Source of the DNA: Acidobacteriota bacterium
Lineage (GTDB): Bacteria; Acidobacteriota; Thermoanaerobaculia; Multivoradales; JAHEKO01
DNA: 64,000 nucleotides
Assembly: GCA_030597375.1 (NCBI GenBank)
Contig: JAUVRX010000002.1
Location: forward strand, 1,015-65,014
Reading direction: 5' to 3'
A program made the position numbers and the translations under genes. Of this stretch, positions 17,877-26,615 are shown one piece after another. Position 1 is the stretch's first letter. Every line of letters begins with the position of its first letter. Below the pieces are notes generated by a model. It saw only the letters and a program-made list of their open reading frames with translations, was not told the origin of the DNA and searched no databases.

Positions 17877-19283
17877 ATGCCCTTCGATCTACCAGAGCCG
17901 TGGCGAGTCAAAGTCGTCGAACCGATCTCCCTGCCAAGCGCAAGGGAGCGGGAAAGGCGCCTGCAGGCAGCTGGGTTCAACCTCTTCGATGTGCCAGCCG
18001 AGGCCGTTTTCATCGATCTTCTGACGGACTCGGGCACCTCGGCCATGTCCGACAATCAGTGGGCCGGCCTGATGCTCGGAGACGAGTCCTACGCAGGTGC
18101 CCGGAATTACTATCACTTCGAAGAGGCGGTGACGGAGATCTTCGGTTTTTCTCACTTCGTTCCGGTGCACCAGGGCAGGGTCGCGGAGAACCTCCTGTTC
18201 TCTACCCTGATTCAGCCAGACATGATCGTGCCCAACAACAATCACTTCGACACCACACGGGCGAACATCGAGATTCACGAGGGCCGGGCACTCGATCTGG
18301 TGATCCGGGAAGGCCGAGACCCAGCCGCGGAGCACCCCTTCAAGGGCAACATCGATCTCGAGAAAGTGCGCCGGCTCTTCGAGGAGACTCCGCGGGCCAG
18401 GATTCCGCTGGCCATGTTGACTCTGACCAACAACTCGGGCGGCGGCCAGCCCGTCTCCCTGGCCAACATACGAGCCTACTCCGAGCTCTGTCACGAGTTC
18501 GGGATCGTGTTCTACATCGATGCATGTCGGTTTGCCGAGAATGCCTTCTTCATTCAACAACGCGAGGAGGGTCAGCAGGGGCGAAGTATTCCAGAGATCG
18601 TGCGAGAGATCTTCGACCTGGCGGATGGCTGCACCATGAGCGCCAAGAAGGATGGCCTGGCCAACATGGGTGGCTTTCTCGCCAGCCGGGACCAGGACCT
18701 CATCGAGACCATCAAACAGAGACTCATCCTCATCGAGGGTTTCCCGACCTACGGTGGCCTTGCGGGCAGGGACCTGGAAGCGGTGGCTCGCGGGCTTCGG
18801 GAGGTCATGGACCCGGAGTATCTGCGCTTTCGTGTCTCGCAGGTGGGTGCCTTCGGAGACCGGCTGGCAGGCCTGGGGATCCCCATCATCCAGCCGGTAG
18901 GCGGTCATGCCGTCTATATCGACGCGCGATCGTTCCTGCCCAACATCCCGCAGTCGGCCTTCCCCGCGCAAGCCCTGGTCGTGGCCCTCTATCGGGGCGG
19001 TGCGGTGCGAGGGGTGGAGGTCGGCAGTGTCATGTTCGGTCGCAAGGATCCGGAGACCGGGCAGGAGATCTATCCCGAGTTGGATCTGGTCCGCCTGGCG
19101 GTTCCGCGGAGGGTCTACACCAATACCCATCTGCGCTATGTCTGTGATGTCCTGGAGGAGATCGGCGACAATCTGGACCGGGTCAAGGGCCTGAAGATGA
19201 CTTACGAGGCTGCGGTATTGCGGCATTTTACGGCTCGCTTCGAGGAGATCGAAGTCGGCGCCAGTGTCGGCCAGCGCAGCTGA
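17877..19283 (+). CDS. Tryptophanase / tyrosine phenol-lyase family PLP-dependent beta-eliminating lyase
   Basis: The ATG at 17877 is in frame in the 17163-19283 ORF. The sequence contains FIDLLTDSGTSAMSDNQWAGLM and NNHFDTTRANIE, plus the PLP-lysine context CTMSAKKDGLANMGGFL. I cannot separate TnaA from TPL by eye. Confidence 0.88.
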   Translation: MPFDLPEPWRVKVVEPISLPSARERERRLQAAGFNLFDVPAEAVFIDLLTDSGTSAMSDNQWAGLMLGDESYAGARNYYHFEEAVTEIFGFSHFVPVHQGRVAENLLFSTLIQPDMIVPNNNHFDTTRANIEIHEGRALDLVIREGRDPAAEHPFKGNIDLEKVRRLFEETPRARIPLAMLTLTNNSGGGQPVSLANIRAYSELCHEFGIVFYIDACRFAENAFFIQQREEGQQGRSIPEIVREIFDLADGCTMSAKKDGLANMGGFLASRDQDLIETIKQRLILIEGFPTYGGLAGRDLEAVARGLREVMDPEYLRFRVSQVGAFGDRLAGLGIPIIQPVGGHAVYIDARSFLPNIPQSAFPAQALVVALYRGGAVRGVEVGSVMFGRKDPETGQEIYPELDLVRLAVPRRVYTNTHLRYVCDVLEEIGDNLDRVKGLKMTYEAAVLRHFTARFEEIEVGASVGQRS

Positions 19284-19310
19284 GGTCTCCATCTGCAGCG
19301 TCGCCTCGGG

Positions 19311-20387
19311 CTAGGGTCTATTGTCTCGCTGCTTTTTCTCTTCTGCCCACCGTTGTCGCCAGTAGAGTTTCTGCCAACGGTAGACATTGCGATTGTGCTC
19401 GGCGAGAGTCGAGGCGAAGACATGAGAGCCATCGTTGCGGCTGACAAAATACAGGTACGGGACTTCGGACGGCTGTGCGGCCGCCTTCAGGCTCGCCAGC
19501 CCTGGTGAGGCGATGGGACCAGGTGGAAGGCCGGAATAGAGATAGGTGTTGTAGGGCGAGTCCAGCTTCAGATCGGATTGCCGGATGTTGCCGTCCCAGC
19601 GCCCCTCCTGCTTGAGGGCGTAGATCACCGTCGGGTCGGCGTAGAGAGCGATGCCGCGCTGCAATCGATTGAAGTAGACGCCCGCGACGATGGGTCGCTC
19701 GTCATCCAGGCGAGCTTCCTTTTCCACGATCGAAGCCAGAATGACGATCTGCCTGGGGGTGCGCTCGTCGTCCGGCGCGAGAATGGGACGAACTTCGTTC
19801 TCGAAAAGCTGCAGAAAGGTGCTTACCAGAGCCGTTACGATCTCTCTCTCCGAGGTACCCTTGGCGAAGGAGTAGGTATTCGGGAAGAGGTATCCCTCCA
19901 GATTCGAAGCGGCCGGATCCAGCCCTGAGATCCTGTCTGTGGAGAGCATCTCCTCGACAAAGACCTGCTGGTCACCAAAACCTCGAGTCGCCAGAATCGT
20001 GGCAGTCTCCTCCAGAGTGAGGCCTTCGACGATGGTGACGGGGTAGGTCACGACAACTCCCCTGATCAGCTTGTCGAGGATCTCGGGCGTCGTGGCTGGA
20101 GTGTCGAAGAGGTACTCGCCGGCTTTCAGAGAAGGGTCTCCGAGTATCCGAACCAGGTAGAGCCGGGCGAGAAACGCATTGGCGAGGACTCTTCTTGCCT
20201 CTAGATCCTGCAAAATCGATCGGGCGTCCTGGCCCGGAAGTACCTCGTGCAGGATCTTGGCTTCCGTGTAGCCCCGGTAGGGACGATGGAGAGTCTCCCA
20301 GGCCCACCATGTCAGGTTGCCGCCAGCCACGAGGGCGAGGGCGAGCAGGGCAGCCAGGGCCGTCCACAGCAGGGACCGTCTAGTCAT
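19311..20387 (-). CDS. mltG: Endolytic murein transglycosylase MltG (YceG-like)
   Basis: It has an N-terminal TM helix. The sequence contains ILASIVEKEA, SPYNTYLYSGLPPGPIASPG and YLYFVSRNDGSHVFASTLAEHNRNV. Confidence 0.9.
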   Translation of the reverse strand: MTRRSLLWTALAALLALALVAGGNLTWWAWETLHRPYRGYTEAKILHEVLPGQDARSILQDLEARRVLANAFLARLYLVRILGDPSLKAGEYLFDTPATTPEILDKLIRGVVVTYPVTIVEGLTLEETATILATRGFGDQQVFVEEMLSTDRISGLDPAASNLEGYLFPNTYSFAKGTSEREIVTALVSTFLQLFENEVRPILAPDDERTPRQIVILASIVEKEARLDDERPIVAGVYFNRLQRGIALYADPTVIYALKQEGRWDGNIRQSDLKLDSPYNTYLYSGLPPGPIASPGLASLKAAAQPSEVPYLYFVSRNDGSHVFASTLAEHNRNVYRWQKLYWRQRWAEEKKQRDNRP

Positions 20388-20814
20388 CCTGCCTCAGGAG
20401 GGATTCGTCCAGAAATTGCTGCAGGAGGATCTGCGCCGCAGTAGCGTCGATTTTCTCGGGATGGCGTCGGGGGTCGATCCCTGCCTGGCGAAGCCTCTCC
20501 TCCGCCTCCACCGAGGTCAGCGTCTCATCCGTCAACTCCACAGGTAGGCCGGACTCCACGGCGAGCTTGCGAGCGAAGCTGCCGACCCGCGCCGCGGCCG
20601 GCCCGCGACTGCCATCGAGGTTCAAGGGTTCGCCGACGACGAAGTGCTCGACGCCCTGTTCGAGGGCGATATCGATTATCTGGCGGATCGCCTGGGTGTC
20701 GCTCGTACGCCTCACCGTGCTGAGTGGCACCGCGATCCGTCCTTCTGGATCGGAGACTGCCAGCCCCATCCTCTTTTCGCCGAAGTCGATTCCCAGGATC
20801 CGTGTCATGGCCAT
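20380..20814 (-). CDS. ruvX: Holliday junction resolvase-like nuclease RuvX (YqgF)
   Basis: The sequence begins MTRILGIDFGEKRMGLAVSD and contains VVGEPLNLDGS and DETLTSVEAE. It overlaps mltG by 8 nt, the usual ruvX-mltG arrangement. Confidence 0.9.
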   Translation of the reverse strand: MAMTRILGIDFGEKRMGLAVSDPEGRIAVPLSTVRRTSDTQAIRQIIDIALEQGVEHFVVGEPLNLDGSRGPAAARVGSFARKLAVESGLPVELTDETLTSVEAEERLRQAGIDPRRHPEKIDATAAQILLQQFLDESLLRQDD

Positions 20815-21114
20815 CTGCAGCCCCTCGTTCGAGCCGATGCGCCAGACGATACCACCCGTACAGAATGCTCTTGTGTGGAGCCCTGGTTCCGACTCGAATG
20901 GCGCCGGCCCCGGGCTCCTCGATGGGTTCGATCAGGCCACTGGAATGCCCGATCCAGGCCGCCTGAAGTGTGCCAGGGCTGTGCTAGCATGAGGGCTCGC
21001 AAAGGCACCGGGCGCCATGAGGCGGGATCAGTCCGATGACTTCCTCTGGCTGCTCGGGCCCGTCTCTGAGGTGTCGATCCAGATCACCAGAATCCAACCA
21101 AGAGCGAGGTGCTC

Positions 21115-22305
21115 ATGAAAGATGTAGTCATTCTGAGTGCTGTTCGTACGCCCGTCGGATCCTTCCAAGGCGAGTTCAAGAGTCTCGCGGCTCATACCCT
21201 CGGCGCCATTGCGCTGAAGGCAGCCATGGCGCGGGCAGAAGTAGATCCGTCCGATGTGGAGCAGGTGTACATGGGCTGCGTGCTGACCGCGGGTGTGGGT
21301 CAGGCGCCAGCCCGCCAGGCGACATTGGGAGCTGGCTGTCCTGTCTCCACGGGTGCCGTGACAGTCGGAAAGGTCTGTGGCTCAGGGATGCGCGCCGTGA
21401 TGACGGCCGCCAACGATCTTCGCTGTGGCGATTTTCAGCTGGTGGCGGCTGGCGGGATGGAGAGCATGACCAGTGCCCCCTATCTTGCTCCAGGCGTTCG
21501 TGACGGCCTGCGCCTCGGTCATGGAAAGCTCCTGGACTCCATGGTTCACGACGGTTTGTGGGATCCCTACAGCGACGTCCACATGGGCAACTGCGCCGAG
21601 ATCTGTGCCAGTCACTACGAGTTCAGTCGTGAGGCCCAGGATGCCTTCGCCCTGGAGAGTTACAAGCGAGCCCAGGAGGCAACCGACAGTGGCCGTGTTG
21701 CCGACGAGATCGTTGCGGTGGAGGTGCCTCAACGCAAGGGCGATCCGCTCTCCATCGACCGCGATGAGGAACCGTTCAGGGTCGATCTGGAGCGCATGCC
21801 GAGCCTTCGACCGGCATTCAAGAAGGATGGTGGTACCGTTACGGCAGCGAATGCGAGCAAGATCAACGACGGTGCCGCGGCTCTGGTGCTCACTACGGCG
21901 GAGCACGCCAAGCAGCTGGGGATCCGCCCCCTGGCTCGGGTGGTTGCCCAAGCCTCTGTGGCTCAGGAGCCCGACTGGTTCACGACGGCTCCCGTGAAAG
22001 CCACGCAAAGGGTTCTGGAGCGGGCCGGTCTGAGCGTTGGCGACATCGATCTATGGGAAGTGAACGAGGCTTTTGCGGTCGTGGCCATGGCCTTTCTGAA
22101 GGAGCTGGACCTGTCCACGGATCGGGTCAACGTTCGCGGCGGGGCGGTGGCACTGGGTCATCCCATCGGTGCCTCTGGGGCTCGAATCCTGGTGACGCTG
22201 CTGCATGCCATGGCAGAGAGAGACGTACAACGGGGTTGTGCCGCCATCTGTATCGGTGGTGGGGAAGCCACGGCCATGATCGTCGAGAGGGAAAACCAGG
22301 GTTGA
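21115..22305 (+). CDS. Acetyl-CoA C-acetyltransferase (thiolase II)
   Basis: The sequence begins MKDVVILSAVRTPVGSFQG. The acyl-cysteine context is VGKVCGSGMRAV, followed by NEAFAVV and the C-terminal GCAAICIGGGEATAMIVE. Confidence 0.92.
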   Translation: MKDVVILSAVRTPVGSFQGEFKSLAAHTLGAIALKAAMARAEVDPSDVEQVYMGCVLTAGVGQAPARQATLGAGCPVSTGAVTVGKVCGSGMRAVMTAANDLRCGDFQLVAAGGMESMTSAPYLAPGVRDGLRLGHGKLLDSMVHDGLWDPYSDVHMGNCAEICASHYEFSREAQDAFALESYKRAQEATDSGRVADEIVAVEVPQRKGDPLSIDRDEEPFRVDLERMPSLRPAFKKDGGTVTAANASKINDGAAALVLTTAEHAKQLGIRPLARVVAQASVAQEPDWFTTAPVKATQRVLERAGLSVGDIDLWEVNEAFAVVAMAFLKELDLSTDRVNVRGGAVALGHPIGASGARILVTLLHAMAERDVQRGCAAICIGGGEATAMIVERENQG

Positions 22306-24650
22306 GACCGAGCCGGTCAGGTCACTTCAGCACTTGCCGTCGGGGCGGGAGAGAGGGCACCCGTTGGCTGTGTAGCTGGTTGGGCGCGATTCTGCTTGTG
22401 GCCCTCGGGTCTGGTGCCGCGGCGCAGATCGCAGAGGAGTGGCCCGACGACGACCCCATGCTGGGGCGGCAAGAGGAGCTGGAACCTGACGAGGCGACAG
22501 CTCCGCCTGAGGAAGTCGAGGACTTCGAGGCCGAGACCGGTCTGGATCGCATCCAGTTCCAGATTCCCTTTCCCGAGGAAAAAGGGGGAGGGGTAGCCAC
22601 TGGTACGGCGGGCAACCTGGAATATGTTCGGGAGGACTATGTCGTCGCCAGCGGCGGAGTAGAGCTGCAGTACCAGGATCTCCAGTTCCAGGGGCAGCGG
22701 GTGACCGTAGACCTGAAGACCGAGCAGGTCACCGCTGAGGGTGATGTGATCCTCGACCAGGGGCCCCGACGCCTGGTGGGAGAGACGCTGGTTTTCGACC
22801 TGAGAACCAAGACGGGGATCGTCACCGACGCCAAGGCTTTCGTCGACCCCGACATCTTCTTCGAAGGCAAGATCATCAAGAAGGTGGCCGAGGATATCTA
22901 CGAGGTGACCGACGGCATGGTCACCTCCTGTATCGACGACAATCCCGATTGGAGCTTCCGGCTCTCCAAGGGCCGCGTGGAGTTGGGCGGTTGGGCCAAA
23001 GGGAAGAACGCCCGCTTTCGGATCAAGAAGGTACCGATCCTCTACTTCCCCCAGATCCTCTACCCGGCGAGCTCGGGCCGAAAGTCGGGATTCCTGTTTC
23101 CGAATCTGGGTTATTCGGAAAACCGTGGCGGCCTCCTGGGTCTGGCCTACTTCCTCACTCTCGGTCCGAGCTACGACACGACCTTCTACGCCGACATCTA
23201 CAGCGAGAGTTTCCTCGGTTTCGGGAACGAGTTCCGCTATCGACCGAGTGAAAATACCCGGGGCATCTTCGAGGGCTATGTCATCGACGACCCGGACTCC
23301 GACGAGTTGCGGTGGAAGGTATTCTGGTCGCACGTCAGCGAGCAGTTGCCACTGGGCCTGCGTGGTGTGGTCCGGTATCAGAACTTCTCCGATTTCGACT
23401 TTTTTCGGGATTTCGAACGCGATTTCAGCAACGTCGCCATCCGCCGCTTGCGTTCGGAGGGGTTTCTCACCGGCAGTTGGGGACAGCAGTCCTTCACTCT
23501 GCTCGTGGACCAGAACGAGACTTTCATCGCCGATGACGACATCACCACCGCACGACGTCTTCCCGAGGCCGAGTACCGTTTGCGGCCGACCCAATTGGGT
23601 CGGCTGCCGATCTACCTGGACCTGCTGAGCTCGGTGGACTATCTCCAGTCTGCCAGGACCGATCGCTTCGACCAGAAATGGGGTCGGGCCGATCTCTTCC
23701 CGAACGTGACTGCAGCGCTCAGCACCCTGCCCTGGCTCTCCGTTTCGGTGAGTGCCGGAGAGAGGGTCACCTGGTACAGCGACAGCAAGACGGAGGACGG
23801 CACGGGCCTGACCGGTGAGTCGCTGACACGGACGATCGCAACCGCCAACAGCAATATCGTCGGCCCCTCCTTCTCCAGGGTCTTCGACGGCAAGGTCGGG
23901 CGGTTCGGCAAATTCAAACACATCGTCGAGCCACGGTGGACCTACCGCTATATCCAGGACTTCGAAGAATCGGACCAGATCCTGCGGTTCGACGAGATCG
24001 ACTTCATTCCTTTCGCGAATGTCTTCTCCGTCAACCTGGTCAACCGATTGCTGGCCAAGCCGATCGACGAGAGCCTTCATGGCGGCGCCAGGGAGATCAT
24101 GTCGCTGGAGATCGGCCAGCTCTACAGTCTCGACGAGAACGTGCCTCTGCAGTCCTCCGCCGACCGGACTCTTACATCGACCCAGGGTCCGGTGAACCTG
24201 CGGTATCGGTTCAATCCGAGTCGTAACACGAACCTGGAAGCCAGGTTGTCATACAGCACCCTGTTCAACGAGTTGTTCTCAACCTCGATCTCGGGCGGCA
24301 TGAGGTTCGGGCCCCATGGAGCGGGTCTGACCTGGTTCACGAGATCCAATGCGGAAACGGGCAAGACCACAGGCAATCAGGTCCGTTTCTATGCCGGCCT
24401 GGAGCTCTGGCCCAACCATCTCCGACTGGACACCCAGATCAACTACGATTTCGAGCTCTCACTGCTCCAGAGTCAGCGCTACATCATCCAGTATTTTTCT
24501 CAGTGCTTCGGTTATCGCCTGGAGTATCGCGATTGGCAATCCGTAACCCGGTCGGATAGAGAGATCCGATTTGCCCTGACACTGAAGAACATCGGCACAT
24601 TTCTCGACTTGACAGGCGGCACTCGAAACGGCTTCAATCCCGGCTACTGA
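22302..24650 (+). CDS. lptD: LPS-assembly outer-membrane protein LptD (OstA family)
   Basis: It has an OstA-like N-terminal beta-jellyroll (VASGGVELQYQDLQFQGQRVTVDLKTEQVTAEGDVIL...LVGETLVFDLRTKTG) and a large beta-barrel region. The start is uncertain. The TTG at 22302 overlaps the thiolase stop and gives a signal peptide ending LVALGSGAAAQ; alternatives are 22380 and 22398. Confidence 0.85.
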   Translation: MRPSRSGHFSTCRRGGREGTRWLCSWLGAILLVALGSGAAAQIAEEWPDDDPMLGRQEELEPDEATAPPEEVEDFEAETGLDRIQFQIPFPEEKGGGVATGTAGNLEYVREDYVVASGGVELQYQDLQFQGQRVTVDLKTEQVTAEGDVILDQGPRRLVGETLVFDLRTKTGIVTDAKAFVDPDIFFEGKIIKKVAEDIYEVTDGMVTSCIDDNPDWSFRLSKGRVELGGWAKGKNARFRIKKVPILYFPQILYPASSGRKSGFLFPNLGYSENRGGLLGLAYFLTLGPSYDTTFYADIYSESFLGFGNEFRYRPSENTRGIFEGYVIDDPDSDELRWKVFWSHVSEQLPLGLRGVVRYQNFSDFDFFRDFERDFSNVAIRRLRSEGFLTGSWGQQSFTLLVDQNETFIADDDITTARRLPEAEYRLRPTQLGRLPIYLDLLSSVDYLQSARTDRFDQKWGRADLFPNVTAALSTLPWLSVSVSAGERVTWYSDSKTEDGTGLTGESLTRTIATANSNIVGPSFSRVFDGKVGRFGKFKHIVEPRWTYRYIQDFEESDQILRFDEIDFIPFANVFSVNLVNRLLAKPIDESLHGGAREIMSLEIGQLYSLDENVPLQSSADRTLTSTQGPVNLRYRFNPSRNTNLEARLSYSTLFNELFSTSISGGMRFGPHGAGLTWFTRSNAETGKTTGNQVRFYAGLELWPNHLRLDTQINYDFELSLLQSQRYIIQYFSQCFGYRLEYRDWQSVTRSDREIRFALTLKNIGTFLDLTGGTRNGFNPGY

Positions 24651-24710
24651 TCGAGGCCTTGTGGATACCCCACAGAGTCTGTTGCGTGAGTCGCAATCAG
24701 GAGATCTTCC

Positions 24711-25670
24711 ATGCGTGCACTGATCACCGGAATTACCGGCTTTGCAGGATCCCATCTGGCCGACTATCTGCTCGCCGAGCAGCCGGACGTGGAGATCTTC
24801 GGCACCCGACGCTGGCGCAGCCGGACGGAGAACATCGAGCATCTGGACGGCAAGGTCGAGTTGCAGGAGTGTGATCTGCGAGATGCCGCCGCGGTACAGA
24901 GTGTCGTTGCCGAGGTCCGACCCGACCTCATCTTTCACCTGGCGGCACAGAGCTACGTGCCGGCCAGTTGGCGAGCCCCCTCCGAGACCCTGACCACCAA
25001 CCTCCTCGGGCAGACGAACCTCTTCGAGGCGGTCAGGGTACTGCAGCTCGACCCGGTGATTCAGATCGCCGGCTCGAGCGAGGAGTATGGTCTGGTGCTG
25101 CCGGACGAGGTGCCCATCAAGGAAACCAACCCGCTGCGTCCCCTCTCGCCCTATGCGGTCTCGAAGGTCGGCCAGGATCTTCTCGCCTACCAATACTTCA
25201 AGAGCTACGGTCTCAAGAGCATTCGCACCAGGGGCTTCAACCACACCGGTCCTCGACGCGGAGAGGTCTTCGTCGTCTCCAACTTCGCCAAGCAGATTGC
25301 CTCCATCGAGATGGGGCTGCAGGAGGCGGTGATCCGGGTTGGGAATCTGGATGCCCAGCGCGATTTCACGGATGTCCGCGACATGGTGCGCGCCTACTGG
25401 CTGGCGGTGACCAAAGCGACGCCGGGCGAGGTATACAACCTGGCCAGCGGCAGGGCTGTGACGATTCGGGAGTTGCTGGATCAGCTGTTGGCCCTGTCCG
25501 ATGCCGAGATCGAGGTGCAGGTGGATCCGGAGCGGTTACGTCCATCCGATGTGGAGATCCTGCTGGGCGATTCTTCGAAGTTCCAGACTGAAACCGGCTG
25601 GGAGCCGGCGATCCCTCTGGCACAGACCCTCGAGGACACTCTCGACTTCTGGCGCCAGAAGCTCTCGTAG
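24711..25670 (+). CDS. NAD-dependent sugar-nucleotide dehydratase, GDP-mannose 4,6-dehydratase-like (short-form SDR)
   Basis: The sequence contains ITGITGFAGSHLADYLL, IFHLAAQSYVPASW, the YAVSK catalytic Y-x3-K and NHTGPRRGEVFVVSNFAKQIA. Confidence 0.8.
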   Translation: MRALITGITGFAGSHLADYLLAEQPDVEIFGTRRWRSRTENIEHLDGKVELQECDLRDAAAVQSVVAEVRPDLIFHLAAQSYVPASWRAPSETLTTNLLGQTNLFEAVRVLQLDPVIQIAGSSEEYGLVLPDEVPIKETNPLRPLSPYAVSKVGQDLLAYQYFKSYGLKSIRTRGFNHTGPRRGEVFVVSNFAKQIASIEMGLQEAVIRVGNLDAQRDFTDVRDMVRAYWLAVTKATPGEVYNLASGRAVTIRELLDQLLALSDAEIEVQVDPERLRPSDVEILLGDSSKFQTETGWEPAIPLAQTLEDTLDFWRQKLS

Positions 25671-25700
25671 ATCGGGACGCAGCCTTCAGCCGAGACCATC

Positions 25701-26513
25701 ATGCACGTTCTCATCACAGGAGTGGCCGGGTTCGTCGGCACCCGTCTGAGTCGACATCTGAGGGATCACGGACACCGAGTCACCGGCACCTTCATCGGTG
25801 AAGAGCCGGGTCTTGGCGGTATGGACTTGATCCAGGTCGACCTTCTGGATTCGCAGGAGCTGGGAAAGGTGGTCGCGGCTGTGGACCCGGACAGTATCGT
25901 CCACCTGGCAGGACTCAGCCATGTCGGTGAATCGTGGCAGCAACCGGAGCTCTACTTCAGGGTCAACGTGCTCGGCAGTGAGAACCTGCTGCGGGCGGCC
26001 AAGGGGGCCAGGGTGATCGTGGCCTCGAGTGCCGAGGTCTATGGTGCGGTGCCGGAAGACGAGCAGCCTCTTGCCGAGGACCGCGATGTGGCTCCGATGA
26101 GCCCGTACGGGTTGAGCAAGGCGGCGATGGAGAGGATCGCTCTCCTCTACGACGCCACCATCGTGAGGGCGTTCAACATCGTCGGTCCCGGTCAGGCTCC
26201 GACGTTCGCCCTGCCAGCATTCGCCCACCAGTTGACAGCCATCGGTCGAGACGAGCAGGCGCCGGTCGTGCAGGTCGGGAATCTCTCCGCCCGACGGGAC
26301 TTCGTCCATGTCGATGACGCGGTGGAAGGGTACAGGGTGCTGCTCGAGCAGGGCAGCCCCGGGAGGGTCTACAACCTGGGCAGTGGCCATGCCCACAGCA
26401 TCGGGGCGGCACTGGAAGAGCTCATCCGGATCTCGGGCATCTCAGCGAAGGTCGAAGTCGATCCGGAGCGATTTCGCAAGGTGGATGTGCCGCTCCTGGT
26501 AGCTTCGACATAG
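25701..26513 (+). CDS. NAD-dependent epimerase/reductase (Rmd / GDP-4-keto-6-deoxymannose reductase-like), ending at a premature in-frame TAG
   Basis: The sequence contains ITGVAGFVGTRLSRHL and YGLSK. The ORF stops at the TAG at 26511-26513, yet the same frame continues PLQALGWAADKTLDQALEDLWRETAVQNS to the TAG at 26601-26603. That continuation is the expected conserved C-terminus of this family. Confidence 0.75.
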   Translation: MHVLITGVAGFVGTRLSRHLRDHGHRVTGTFIGEEPGLGGMDLIQVDLLDSQELGKVVAAVDPDSIVHLAGLSHVGESWQQPELYFRVNVLGSENLLRAAKGARVIVASSAEVYGAVPEDEQPLAEDRDVAPMSPYGLSKAAMERIALLYDATIVRAFNIVGPGQAPTFALPAFAHQLTAIGRDEQAPVVQVGNLSARRDFVHVDDAVEGYRVLLEQGSPGRVYNLGSGHAHSIGAALEELIRISGISAKVEVDPERFRKVDVPLLVAST

Positions 26514-26615
26514 CCCTTGCAGGCTCTCGGGTGGGCGGCCGACAAGACGCTCGACCAGGCCCTGGAAGATCTCTGGCGGGAGACCGCCGTGCAGAACTCC
26601 TAGTCCGCCGCTCCC

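Noticed and set aside
20815-21114. A 300-nt divergent ruvX/thiolase intergenic region containing a 7-bp distal pairing (GGAGCCC...GGGCTCC, 20877-20918). I considered it as a tRNA or sRNA.
   Set aside because: It has no cloverleaf geometry, no recognisable promoter, terminator or Rfam-like motif by eye, and the listed small ORFs look like noise. It remains unexplained but unsupported.
22053-22301. Upstream ORF extensions of lptD (22053-22301), ctaB (55149-55862), cox subunit IV (32321-32911), nuoB (780-899), nuoH (3351-3419) and nuoI (4244-4501).
   Set aside because: Each extension overlaps the preceding well-supported gene in another frame. The conserved sequence begins at an internal start that abuts or overlaps the upstream stop.
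22317-24080. A 587-aa minus-strand ORF opposite lptD. There are similar antisense ORFs at 13579-14535, 17889-19292, 26781-27875 and 60574-61890.
   Set aside because: No recognisable motifs, and each is fully overlapped by a well-supported gene on the other strand. This is a GC-driven artefact.
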